Below are positions 42,980 to 55,491 of a DNA stretch of 64,000 bases, piece after piece; position 1 is the stretch's first letter, and every line of letters starts with the position of its first letter. Origin of the DNA: Vairimorpha necatrix. Its lineage: Eukaryota. The notes beneath the pieces were generated by a model. The model saw nothing but the letters and a program-made list of their open reading frames with translations. It made no database searches and had not been told where the DNA came from. The stretch is from assembly GCA_036630325.1 (NCBI GenBank), contig CP142726.1, forward strand, positions 1,488,001 to 1,552,000, written 5' to 3'. The position numbers were made by a program, and so were the translations under genes.

Positions 42980-43205
42980 TGTCAAGTGACAGATCTCCAG
43001 TGGTCCTAAGATTGCCCTGGAGCTCAGAGAATACGATTCTATAAGTATTCTCTTTCTTCTCCCAACTATGTTTATGGAGGGAAAATATATAATATTTTCC
43101 CGCCTATAAATATAAAAGAAAATCATACCCAGAAGGGTATGAAGAATAATAAAAACATTAGTTTAAAACATTCTTCTCAGACTGATGGGAAACCATCAGT
43201 CCACA
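42980..43205 (+). repeat. 3' LTR
   Basis: Identical to the 5' LTR, preceded by the PPT. Confidence 0.97.
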
Positions 43206-43281
43206 CTCTTTTTCATTATTTTGATTACGTATTTAATTAATTCTTAAATTCCTCTTATTTCATTTTACTGCCCATCACTTC

Positions 43282-43764
43282 ATGTCCTACCACCACATCA
43301 AGAAATTATTCGACGAATATTTAAAGAAAAATCATCCAGAAGTCGATTTTTATAATAAAAATGACATAGAAAATACAATGCAAATGTACGGGAAACACTA
43401 CAAATCTGTCATCCCTTTTAGAAATCTCTACTTTAGAAAAAAGATCTTTGAGACGGAGAAAACTCAATTCTTAAGGAGAAATCCTTATATTCATAATTGG
43501 AAAGAAGAGGAAGCAGAAAAAAACGAGAAAAATGAAAATAAGAAAGGAGACGGAGAAAGAAGGATTTATAAATGTACATTGGGGAATTGTAATAGGCAAT
43601 ATACTTCAGCCTTCGGGCTGAAGTATCATATGAAAGAAGGACACTCAGAAAAAAAACTCAATGTTCATAAACCATTTGTGTGTGATGTAAAAAATTGTGG
43701 GAGGAAATATAAAAATAATAATGGGCTGAAATATCATCTTAAGACATTTCATAATATAAAATAA
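43282..43764 (+). CDS. C2H2 zinc-finger transcription factor, Sfp1-like
   Basis: Two C2H2 fingers; KPFVC...CGRKYKNNNGLKYH resembles the Sfp1 signature KYKNxNGLKYH. Confidence 0.85.
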   Translation: MSYHHIKKLFDEYLKKNHPEVDFYNKNDIENTMQMYGKHYKSVIPFRNLYFRKKIFETEKTQFLRRNPYIHNWKEEEAEKNEKNENKKGDGERRIYKCTLGNCNRQYTSAFGLKYHMKEGHSEKKLNVHKPFVCDVKNCGRKYKNNNGLKYHLKTFHNIK

Positions 43765-44114
43765 ATAAATAATTTGTAAGTTTGTTTGTTTTTTGACTCA
43801 GCATGACTTAATGATTAAAAATAAAGAAAGACCAAGTGTAATTTGCATATTAAATAAAATATTATTTGCAAATTAAAGTTAATTTTAATTTTGAGATAAA
43901 CTTTATTATGCATGAAATAAAACATTTTAATTATACAATATAAATAAACTAATATATATTTATATTGCATAATAAATTTAAGATATACTTTATTTATATT
44001 GCATAATTACTTTGAGATGATTTAGTTATAAAAAAGAAGACATTTTAGATTATTTATATGAATTAATTTATATGAATAATAATATTAAATGTATTTTTAA
44101 TATATTTGTTTTAT

Positions 44115-44447
44115 TTATATTTTCTTTTTTACATCTTGGATTAATTTATTAATCATTTCACTACTCTTATTAAACTTATCATCAAGTAACCCTTCCTTCT
44201 CAAATACCTCTTTCATTAAATTTATCTGCTTATTCTGTATCTCTATTATATTTAATAAAACTCTTATATTATCTTCATTAACTCTGGCTAATTTAGTATC
44301 ACATTTCTTTAATGTATTCACAAATTTATTATAATCTTTAACTATGTAGTCACTGTAATCCTCAATGATAAATCTGCCCCTTTTTGTAATGCAAGGCGGG
44401 TTAAAAAAATGTCTGGATTTTAAGGAATTAATTTGAGAAATATTCAT
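44115..44447 (-). CDS. Small hypothetical protein (coiled-coil C-terminus)
   Basis: 110-aa ORF with CCCC motif upstream; KRGRFII motif; no family recognised. Confidence 0.7.
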   Translation of the reverse strand: MNISQINSLKSRHFFNPPCITKRGRFIIEDYSDYIVKDYNKFVNTLKKCDTKLARVNEDNIRVLLNIIEIQNKQINLMKEVFEKEGLLDDKFNKSSEMINKLIQDVKKKI

Positions 44448-46537
44448 GTGGAAAAAAGAGGGGTACGGATGAATAAATATTTTAAAAGTGAAACATACTG
44501 AAACATGACAGGCAAAATTGAGTGTTTTAACTTTGTAAAAGAAAAAAGAAAAATGTATAATAAATATAAAATAAAAAATAAATCAGCATAAATAAACTCA
44601 TCTTTTGATAAATAAGTCATGTCTCACAAAAATCAACCAATCAGAATATGAAAGAAAAAGCCAATATAATTAAGGAAATGATCAGCATGATAGTATAGAG
44701 TAAGATCTTATAAGTAGGCATTTAATGATAATATATACGAGAGAAAGCATGTAAAACTTCTTTGTGTTATTTGATTTTATTACCAAAAAAGATTTACAGC
44801 TGATATTATAATAAAAAGAAGGTACATACGTCTTCGCACTAACTCGGAAGAATTTATTAGCGCACGGATTTCGGCAACAAAATATTATCCTGAAAATATC
44901 AGCAAGCTTTTTACATTGAAATTTATCATGTCTACTTCGTCAAGTATCTCTAATTAATTTGAAAAACAAAGAGAAAAATAATCTTGTGTGTAAGAAGTAA
45001 GTTTAAGAAACAATGAGATGACATTATATACAAATTTATAAGCTAATGGCCTTATGGCTGGATGCACACAAGTTTCATTGAATCAACTTAATTATTATCG
45101 TGTACAAATTTCGCCATAAATATGATAAATTGTAAAAAGAAGAAAGGGAATTTTTTCGCATATTGTATCAACCCCGCAAATCAAGAGCCAACCCATTTTC
45201 ATGGAATTTCTTGTCTACAAGTTCCAAGGCCATTTTGAAGTATTAAATTGTAAAAGGAAACATAAATACGAAACGACAGCGGAATGTACTCATACATGAA
45301 AATAAAGTACAATAAATTAGACAGAAGAAATGATCATTCAGAAGTAAAAATCATAAGTAGTAATAATTTTCATAAAAAAAATGGTAAAGAAACACGAATA
45401 CGCTTGATATTTAAATACGTTGTCTTTTTTTATAGCCAAATGTCATTTCTTATGTTTTGATCTGAGGCGTAATTTTAACTAATTTATTGTACCTACTACT
45501 AAAGAGCCTCTTAGATATTCAAATAAAGAGGCGGGTGTCCTGTGCTCCTGAATACATAAGATAGATTATGGGTTGAAGGTGATTAAATGATCTTTACTAG
45601 AGAATATCTGAAGAATTCACGTGCTTCTACGACTGAAGTATTTCAAGTGGATATTTTTTTGTGCTTTCGAGGAAAAGGTAAGTAGAACTGTTTCATAAGG
45701 ATTATGGTGTGATTCTTACTCACTAAAACACCTTCGTATAATTTGACGGTGCAGCAACCTCCGCCGTATCCATTGGATTTGGGCCCAGGAATACTTTCCA
45801 TTTACCCCCAAATCGCGTTTAGAGGTCCTCACTACTCACCTATTTAACGGCCATGAATTTATAACACGAGGAGAGACATCATCGTACTGACTCAAAAGTC
45901 TCCACATTCATCTGTATCGCAGACACGTCTCCTTAAACCACCACATCACCAGAGGCATTCTTATCGGACTGCGTTGACCACCAGTCTCCTACTAGTTTCG
46001 GCCACCGTGTTACAACATCTTGTAGAATAGGGTCCACAGGTCCTTCTATTGCCCTACTTCGTCTAGCATCTTAGTTGGCTCTAGGATCCCACTCTAGAGT
46101 GCACCAGCCATGGGCACAAATTAGGCTATATCCATCTGATACTTGCATGTATTATTAAGTCACCACAAGGGTGATACTTTTTGGCTTTGGGGTGCGTTTC
46201 TACATTAGATGCTAATCCCATTGTGTCTAGACGCCCTCAAGTTTCATTAAATCAACTTAATATTAATCGTGGACATTTTCATCATCTGAAGTTTTCTAAC
46301 AGCATTATATAAAGTAGAAACATTATCAGTGCCCCATGCTTTTATTCAGCCATTGTTCAATAATAGCATATCCTTCGACGCGCCCAACGCCTATAAAAAC
46401 ACCACAAGTTTATAAGCCCAAAGTAATCCAAGTGCTTATACCCGGGATGTGAGGATTTCCATATAATTAAATGAATGTCATTATATAAATAAATTATTTA
46501 TACTTAAAAAGAAACTTTTTTTTAAATATTTTATTAT

Positions 46538-48559
46538 TTAAAGTTCTTCTCTTCCTCCAGTCTTCTCCTCCTCAACTTGCTTAGTTTCTTCTACTTGTTC
46601 AGGTTGTTTATCCAAAATAGATTTAATCGATTCTCTGAACATGTTAATTTTATCCTCCAAGTCTGGTTTAGAAGCTGTTGTTTTATTGTCATCAAGCCAT
46701 TTTTGCACTCCATTGACAATGCCTTCAATATTAAGCTTATCTTCTTCACTAATTCCAGGTTGACTAACTTTGGCTTGTACCACTCTGATTTCTTCTTCAA
46801 GTTGTCTAAGTAGGTCAAAGATCTCTTTAAGTTCTCTGTCTGCTTCTGCATTCTTCTCTGCATCTTTAAGTAACTCGGCTATCTTATTATTATCTAATCT
46901 GGCTACTGAACTCTCAAATGTTACACCTGTGGTCTTTTCAGTTACTTTATCCAAAGCTGATACTTCAATAGTTCCATCTCTTGACATTTTAATAGTAACA
47001 GCAATTCTTGGTTCACCTCTACGTTGACCAGGTGCTACTTCTAATTCACAGAATCCTAAGTAATTATTGTCACTGAATCTATGTCTAAATCCTTGGGAAA
47101 TTTCAATTCTGACTTTAGTTTGTCCATCTTGAGAGGTTGTAAATTCCATAACACCTGACCCAGGAATAATAGTGCCTTTAGTAAGAACAGGTTGAAAGAA
47201 ATCGCTGTCAACTTTGACACCAACATGAAGTGGCGCTACGTCGAGAATAGCGACAGACATGTTTTCTGGTAACATATTGACTTTATTGGCAGACCAGAGA
47301 CATGCTCCTTCTGCTACAATAGTGTCAGCGTTAATATCATCGTAAATCGTAGCCTTGGGAAAGGTCTTTTTTAATAATTTCTTAATATAAGGAATTCTGG
47401 TACTTCCTCCTACCAATAATATTTTAGAAATAGAATCTTTGTCTACTGGCGGCTGACCAGAACCATCATCTTCTTTTCTGAACATTCCGTATTTTTCATC
47501 ATTAAATTTGGCCGAGATATCATCATAAAATTTCTTGTTTAATTCGTCGAATTTAGACATTGTTAAAGAAAATTCGATGGAGTCCATTCCTGAATATACA
47601 AAATTATCTTTATGTTCTTGTTTGTCTTCTTTAGTGTACCCATTACATAATTTAATTTTGAATTCTTCTACAAATCTTCTTAATCTCAATTCTAGAGTCT
47701 TATTTTTTGTTACCTCAATGTTCTTTTTTTCTTTAAGAATCTTACTGAAATATTTGGTAAGTGCGTCATTGACATTCTCTCCTCCTAAATAATTGTCTCC
47801 ATCATGTGTTTCAACAACAATCATTTCACCTAGAAAATCTACGACTGAAATATCAAATGTACCACCACCAAGATCAAATACAAGAATCTTATCTTCTTTA
47901 GAATCTTGAGAAAGATTCTTTTTAATTTGGTAGGCATAAGCAGCGGCCACAGGCTCCCTTTGAATCTGTGGTTTTACAAAACCAGCCTCTAAAGCAGCTG
48001 CCTGGGTGGCCTCAACTTGAAAACCAGAAAAATAAGCCGGAACAGTAATCACCAAATTTTTAATGGTGTAATACATTTCAATCTTCGATTTGATAGCCTT
48101 CAATACTTCACAACTAAGCTTCACTGGGTCAGTAACTCCAAGTTCATTATTATTCTCATCTTGTATTAAAAACACAGTCTTGCTCTTATTTCCCTCTTGA
48201 ATCTTCTTTATTTTGTAAGTGACACTGTCTTGGAACTTCTTTTCTTTTGACAATTCTTTAACATCAGCCAAGCCTATTGCTCTCTTGTACCCAAAGAAAT
48301 ATCTCCCTGGTACAGCATTACTAAGATTATGAGTGTAAGCTTCCCATCCTGTCATGTAAAATGGTTTACCATTAACTTCATTGTAGTAAGCAACAGAAGG
48401 ATAAGTGTATTCACCATTATCGAATTGCAAGAATGAAGCCTCCTTGTCATTCTCCTTGAAGATACTTACACAACAAAATGTAGTACCCAAGTCAATACCA
48501 ACGGCAGCTTCCGGTTTTTTTGTTGCTAAGATATGATTTAACAAAAATAACAAATTCAT
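46538..48559 (-). CDS. KAR2: ER-luminal Hsp70 (BiP/Kar2-like)
   Basis: Short signal peptide, GIDLGTT, TVPAYF, VFDLGGGTFD, LVGGSTRIP, C-terminal REEL retention signal; GGGGC-ATG context. Confidence 0.88.
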   Translation of the reverse strand: MNLLFLLNHILATKKPEAAVGIDLGTTFCCVSIFKENDKEASFLQFDNGEYTYPSVAYYNEVNGKPFYMTGWEAYTHNLSNAVPGRYFFGYKRAIGLADVKELSKEKKFQDSVTYKIKKIQEGNKSKTVFLIQDENNNELGVTDPVKLSCEVLKAIKSKIEMYYTIKNLVITVPAYFSGFQVEATQAAALEAGFVKPQIQREPVAAAYAYQIKKNLSQDSKEDKILVFDLGGGTFDISVVDFLGEMIVVETHDGDNYLGGENVNDALTKYFSKILKEKKNIEVTKNKTLELRLRRFVEEFKIKLCNGYTKEDKQEHKDNFVYSGMDSIEFSLTMSKFDELNKKFYDDISAKFNDEKYGMFRKEDDGSGQPPVDKDSISKILLVGGSTRIPYIKKLLKKTFPKATIYDDINADTIVAEGACLWSANKVNMLPENMSVAILDVAPLHVGVKVDSDFFQPVLTKGTIIPGSGVMEFTTSQDGQTKVRIEISQGFRHRFSDNNYLGFCELEVAPGQRRGEPRIAVTIKMSRDGTIEVSALDKVTEKTTGVTFESSVARLDNNKIAELLKDAEKNAEADRELKEIFDLLRQLEEEIRVVQAKVSQPGISEEDKLNIEGIVNGVQKWLDDNKTTASKPDLEDKINMFRESIKSILDKQPEQVEETKQVEEEKTGGREEL

Positions 48560-49150
48560 GCCCCTAAAAATAAAAAATTCTTAAATAGTTTAAACAGCCA
48601 ATCAAATTGCAACATTTGTTTTTATTTTTATGCTAAAAAAATGGTAGAAAAACAAACAGAAAAACAAACAGAAAAAATGAAAAGTGTCAAATTATAAAAT
48701 GTAAACAAACAAAAAATTATAAAATTTTAAAATGATCAGATTTGATCAAATCTACATTTTTAATGACGTGACAATATTTTTAAATTATTTCATTTACATA
48801 AGATATTCTAGATAAAACACACTTTTTATAAACATTCTAGATAAAATGCAATAAATTCACATTCTAAATATTAAAATTTAAGATATAAAACTCTAGATAT
48901 TCTTAAATTGTTCTGCATAATTATTTTAGATGTTCTTATAATATTGATTTATTCATGATACGTTTTCTTGATAATAAAAGAAAATAGTTTTTCTTCTTTT
49001 AATTATTCATTATTTAAAAAACGGGAGCCTCATTTTGTTTTTCTTATAAATTACAACATTTTTTTGATATTTATTTTTATTTTAAAAAAGTATTGCTTTT
49101 TTTCTTCAATAATTTTTTCAAAAAAAAACAATGCTTTTTAAAAATAAAAA

Positions 49151-49930
49151 TTATTTTTTATTGTAAAAAAATAGAGCTACAATCAAAATTACTAATAAAA
49201 TCACTACAATATATAATAAAACACTTAATGTTATCCCAAAAGGCAGTCTAGGATTTTTTTTGTTACGCCCTCTCCCTTTTTTTGATGGTGATCTTCTATT
49301 TTGATCTTTCTCAGATTTCTTCCTTTCATTCTCTAAATCATTTCCTGTGCAATTCGGATCTGATCTATTATCTTTAATTAATTCGCCATCTGCAGAATTT
49401 TTATCTGTTGAATTACTCATTACATTATTTTTATTTAACTTTATTATTTCGCCCAGTTTTAATATGCAAAATTTGAAGTTTCCATCTAGATTAAATGCTT
49501 GTGAAGGCGCGTATAAATTCTTTTTTTCTTTTTTTGTTCTAAAAAGAATATCAAAATAAAATTGTCTACCAAGATTTATATCTATGCTGTATTTATAATA
49601 TTCCTTAGATCCTATAAATTTTTCACGAATATCTATGTCAGAAATTTTTTCTGCTAGATTTCTAATTTCTTCATAATATTCTTTATTTACGAATTCTAGG
49701 TAATAACCTTCGAAATAAATAGCAGTTTGAACTGTTTTAGGACTATATTTACATCGAAACATTCTTTCATTTAATCGTTTTTCAGGACTAAGAAAAAGTT
49801 CGTATTCTACAGCGAAGTCAGTGGCGTAAACACCAACGTATAAGTCACATTTATTGGACTCTTTATAATGTACAAATAAAATCAATTCACAGTGGCCAAA
49901 AAGAAAATTGAAAATTAATAATAGAAACAT
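49151..49930 (-). CDS. Type-I membrane protein, lineage-specific family member 1
   Basis: CCCCTT-ATG; FLFG signal, C.LYVG, conserved ~150-aa domain, C-terminal TM + KK. Confidence 0.85.
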   Translation of the reverse strand: MFLLLIFNFLFGHCELILFVHYKESNKCDLYVGVYATDFAVEYELFLSPEKRLNERMFRCKYSPKTVQTAIYFEGYYLEFVNKEYYEEIRNLAEKISDIDIREKFIGSKEYYKYSIDINLGRQFYFDILFRTKKEKKNLYAPSQAFNLDGNFKFCILKLGEIIKLNKNNVMSNSTDKNSADGELIKDNRSDPNCTGNDLENERKKSEKDQNRRSPSKKGRGRNKKNPRLPFGITLSVLLYIVVILLVILIVALFFYNKK

Positions 49931-52469
49931 AAGGGGATGAAAAAGTGTAAATATATAAAAAATTAATATAAACCGTAAAATTACGTTATTTTATATTAAA
50001 TTGTAATTATTTGACTTTTTTCCATAAGAGAGGTTTTTGTATATATCATAATAAGTTTGCCCATTTTACCAAATTTATTTTAATCATGTTGTACGCTAGT
50101 AATATTTTGCAGGCAAAATTCATTACAATTCGGGACAATTTTCAATTTCTTTTTACACATCATTTTTTAATAAGTATAAACAAAACATGATTATTAAAAA
50201 GATATGCAGTATGAAGAAATTTAATACAGATAAAGGATTTTATATTATTCATGTCAATATTTTTACAGTTGTACTGTCAAGCATCTGAATATATTAAATA
50301 TCTAAAAATACTTATAAATAAAATCACGGGAATAAATAGGTCATGGTTTATCATATTGATACATATCTGTACATGTTGTATTTTAGAGGACTAATTATAC
50401 CTGATAAATGCTAATTGTTATCTAAATAGCGAAATATATACAATAAATTTTTGAACATAACTGAATATTGCTTTAGCCTTTGTATGTATAATTGAGAACA
50501 ATGGCATGCTATTAATTTTAAAGAAAAATTAAATTATGAGGTGTTTTATAAAATTTAATAAACATTTTGATGCTTTAAAGACATTTTAAAAAAACAAATA
50601 CAACAAGTTAAAGATTTTTTTAGCTATGACAATTGCATATTCAAAGTATCATTTAGTAATAAATAAGTACTTTTTGAAACATGCGAGGTATGATAACAAA
50701 AAAAAAAAACTTCAAACAAAGTGTGACATCATATTAACTCGCCAAATCTGAGGCGCATATTAAGATAATTTATATTTAAAAAGGCTTGTATAAATATTCA
50801 GATGACGAAATGGACGATGACGGCGCGGTGAACGAGGAAACACAAAGAATCGTAATTATCTCTAACAAAGAGTGAAAACTAATACTTGCAAGAAGTTTGA
50901 CGGAACAGAATGTACCTCAAAAATTTGAAAACTAACTCTTATAAAAAGTCAAAAAATATTTAAATGAAACGAGTAAATGATATTTAAACCACAAGAGGAT
51001 AAAGAATGAAGCTTTTAATAGGCTTTATAACTTAAAAATATATATAATGAATTTTTTACAATTTTGGTCGATAAAAGACAAGCAAGAAAGTTTAAAGAAT
51101 ATTCATAAAAACGAAATAGTCTTACCAATATATGATAGAGGCATCAAATTTTCAATAAAAAATATCGAACTATAGACAAGCCTTGATAAATTCTCATTGT
51201 GTTTTAGAGATAGTGATACGATAAATGAAAATAAAATTATATGAATATCACGAGTACACAAACCAAATAAATTAGATGGGAAAAAAATTTGTGCTGCTTA
51301 AATTCAAAATCACAGAGGTTCGATAGATAATATGTTTAAAACAGCCAAAATATTTTCAATAAGTTTTTTTAAAAGTGTCGCTACATCTTTTGGGTAGTTG
51401 TATATAAGATTCATTCCTGATGTATTTTTCTATTTTCATTTTTTATTTTTAATTGTATAATATTGATTGAGAGATACTATAATTATTTTTTTTATTTCCC
51501 AAATCATTGACAGATTCGGCATTTGTATTTACAATTTAATGGATAAATTTGGAGTCACAAACAACAAACGATATGATACAAAGCCCCGTTTATAATTTTA
51601 GTCACTTACACTACATATTCCCCAAATAGAAATGCTGATACGGGCGTCGTCCTAAAAAAAAATTTATCAAAATACTATTTATATTCACCTCCTACTCTTC
51701 ATAACACGACGTTCGAGCTATATCGCCTTCTTATGTAGCAGGATTCGAAATTTAAGTACATCAGGTCCGAGATTTCGTATACATTTATGCTGCATTTATT
51801 TTTATATTGTGCCTTTTAATAGTTATATCACGTATAAAACCTTAAAAGAAGTTTTGTGAGCCAACTTTTTTCATGGAATGGGCATTTCCCCCAACAATAC
51901 AACATTTAAAGTTGTATATGAGTAAATACGTAGCTTCGCTTTATATTTGTTTTTAGCACATTTGTATGATCAAAATGATCATATAAAAGCTTTTAAAACT
52001 GATTTGTTCACGAAACAAACACAGTCCCGAAATAATTTTTTGTGAATTCCTAATTATTAAGTTTTTATAATATAAAAATAAAAATAAACAAGCGTTCTGC
52101 TACCGTATTATAAATCTAGTGTTAGTTACAATTCGAAATTCGCTATTCTAGTACTCAAATAATAGAGCAGTTTGCATTTTTAAAATTCTTACAAACATGC
52201 TAATGCTTTTTAATTAAAAGAACGCTGAAAATTTCTATTGGATTAAATGAAAGACAAATACAAATTTTTTCTTGCTTCTCAATTCCAGATTTTGATGTAT
52301 TCAGTTAGTGTCTACATTTTAATATGAAGTAATAATATTTTTCTCGAGTAAATGATACATTAAAAAAGGCATTGTAATAATTCAAAAATAAATTTTTGAT
52401 TTATCTTTAGGATAAATTTATCAACTTTTTAATGTTCAAAAAATATTAGAAATGTGTGATTAGATGTAT

Positions 52470-53364
52470 TTATTTTTTAAATTTCCAATAAATGTTTGCT
52501 AATACAGCAACTGTTAAAGCCAGAATACCATAGCTAGCGTACCAGAGTGGCACAAAAAGCTCCTTAGGGTAATATTCATCGGCGTTATTTTCAGTTGATG
52601 GCTTTGTTTCGGTTCGACTAGTCTGATTAGATTGGAGTTCTTCATTAGCCTTTTCCTTTTCTGAATCATTCTTTTCATTTTTATCTAAAATGCTTTCTTC
52701 CTCGTTTTCTAGAACGATTTCTTCATTATTATCTAAAAAACTTTCTTTGTTTGTATTATGATAAATTTCATGGTCTTTTTTAATATTTACTATTTCTGCA
52801 CTGATATCGAAATTTTTAATTTCACTGGATAAATCTACACTCAATTTAAGTAGCTCATTAAGTGTTTTGGTTGTATTTATTCGTAACAAATTGCTTAATT
52901 CAAGTTGACTAGATTATAATTGCCAATTAAATTTGAACGATTTGGTTTGAGCCCAAAAGATCGCGTTGGTTTTCAAATCCTAGATAATAAAATTAAAGTA
53001 AAAATTTCTGTATTTCAAGAGCCTCGCACTGCGTTTATAAATATTAAGGCTATTCATAAAGATTGCATATAGCTCACTGTCGTAAATTTATGCCAAATTT
53101 TTTTAGTTTTTTTCGATCATATTCTGATAATTTATACAAAAGATATCCATTGTCCAAAAGTTTTCTCGAATAAATTTTTTGTGTTCATATTTTCTAATAA
53201 TCTATTTTTTTAATTTAATTCGTCAGAAAGAATTATTCTTATGAGGCCTACTTTAATAGCTTCCTGATCAGCACCAATGTAAATTTCACTTTGTACGTTT
53301 TCTAGGTGTTTTATATATAATGAAAGTGACAATATCCAAAAAGAAAAAACAAAATCAATTTCAT
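52470..53364 (-). pseudogene. Disrupted family member 2
   Basis: MKLILFFLFGYCH, frameshift to LYIKHLENVQSEIYIGA...IILSDEL, later YFNFII*DLKTNAIFWAQTKSF (cf. FDFILYDPKTKEITWAHSQSF); the 3' 139-aa frame with TM is still open. Confidence 0.8.
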
Positions 53365-55491
53365 TATCAATAGGGATCAATAACAAATTGTAAAATTAAG
53401 TGATACATTTAATTTGATCTTTTTTTTTATAAAAAATAACATTATTATTTTTTAGATTACAACGTGTTAAGTGGATTAGAAATAAAATTTTTTGTACGAT
53501 ATAGACACTCAAAAACGCTTGTATTTGTTACAAGTGTAAAACGTATCAAATTCGCAATAAACTCTTAAGTTCTTTTTAAAAAAGAAATTCTATTAACGAA
53601 TGATCAAATTTACCATCCAACAGACATGTAATTGGCTCTTAAAAGATTAATTTGGTTTACAATCGTATATTGAAAGTGTGCACAATTTATATACACTTTC
53701 AAAGTTTGGAATACAGAGTTTATACATTTTAGTAGGGTAATACTCGATTATTTTTTTATATGGTTTTATTAAGTAACAAATAAAGAATTAATTATAAATT
53801 TTTTTTCAATAAAAATGCAACAATAACAACTTTACCCGCGGTTTATGAATGTTTATAATTTAATTCGTTCTATTCAATAATTTACTTGCTCCTAATAATA
53901 GAGATCTCGTTAATATTTTCAAAACTTTATGCTTTAATGAAAAAATCGGCTTATCTAGTTTTTGAACTCTACATAATGTTCTAAGTAAAAACAACTTTAA
54001 ATTCTTTTTATCAAATATATTTAAGAAGCATTTAGTATGATTAATATTTATTTTAGAAATCATTCCGATCCATTTTATTTTTTAGCAAAAAATCATTTTT
54101 TAATGTTCATGCCTACTTGCTCTTATTTACACTTTGCATTTCCTATATTGTTTAATTTTTAATTTTATACATCGGTTTTTAGCATAAACTATTATAAAAA
54201 AAATTGATAATCCGTCAAGTTTGCTACTATTATTGCTAGTCTATCCTTCAAACTGTAGCTTCTTCTCTTTTTTGTGCCGATTTGCTTTAAGCTCTCTTTA
54301 CTTAAGCGCGAGGAATTTTTTTCGGCTTCTAAATATATTTTAGGATCTAAGCGTCTTTTAAGTGTGATATCCCTTTCAACGATCTTATCCAATTTATAAA
54401 TATTTTATATTTTTATATTTATTTTATATATATCTCAGCTAAAATGAAAGATCTTATAATGGTTTGTGAAAGTAAATATTCGTTTATACTTTTTCAAATC
54501 AATATATGTCATAATTACAATAAAAGTTATTTAATCTTCTTCGCCATCTTTTGTAATAATTTTTTTTCTACGGTACTTCATTAAATCATTTTCTGTTTTT
54601 TTAAACGATATATAGTTTTTATTTTTTTTTTTGCAGCCTTAGTCACGGTTAGATTGTCCGAAATAAGATCAACTAGATTAGGCTAACGTCTACCGTTTTT
54701 TCGGATCAATTTCTTGCATAATACAAGGAAAATCTCCAGACAAATTTTCTAGACTATTTATTGTGTGTAAAAACAAAATATATATTCTTATTTGTTTTTT
54801 ATTAAATAATTTATATACATATATATAAGGTTGAAATTTAAGTTAAGGGCCCATTACATAAATAATTACAAGGCCAGGTCGTTTTTGCATCTTTTTAAAC
54901 TTTCGAGGTATATTTTAAATCTTTACGCTGTAATAATTAGAAAAAAATAAGTATCTTAGATAAATCGAAATCGGAAATGTGTAATTACTTTATGTTCCTA
55001 CAAATATTTGGCAAATGGCGTATAACAATCAGGATACACCAACTTATGACGCTTGGGAAAAAAACTATGATATTGTGTTTGAAGTATATTTTGATATAGG
55101 TCCAAAAACGTCATTTTTACTGTTGACCTTGTGATATATTCAGATTTACTCCAAAAGTCGCAGTGATTTAAAATTTTCTTTTAAACGTGACTAATATTGA
55201 TAGAAAATATGAAGTATTTAAGCATTGGCTTTCAGATCATGTATTAAAACAAAAGTTTTTTAAGATATAAAGATTATTATATTCGACTATAGTTGTTTTG
55301 AACCAAAGCAACAAACACACCGAACTTGACTTTTCTTTACAAATGTAACTTTTATATCTAATGCTAAGACAATAAGGCTAATATTTAATTGGTGCGATGA
55401 AATAATTTTAATATGCAAAATTTGTATTTTAAAAAATATGTTTAAGTTATAGACTAATTACTATTTATATAATAATAAATTTTTATTAATT

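Larger units (their letters stand above)
40783..43205 (+). mobile_element. Non-autonomous Ty3/Gypsy-derived LTR retrotransposon, 2,423 bp
   Basis: Identical 226-bp TG...CA LTRs; TSD CTCTT (40778-40782, 43206-43210); PBS TGGTGGTAACGGTG at 41010; PPT AAAGAAGGGGGGAG at 42966-42979. Confidence 0.96.

Noticed and set aside
51725-51800. GGATTCGAA B-box-like sequence suggesting a tRNA or SINE
   Set aside because: No cloverleaf, acceptor stem or A-box could be built on either strand
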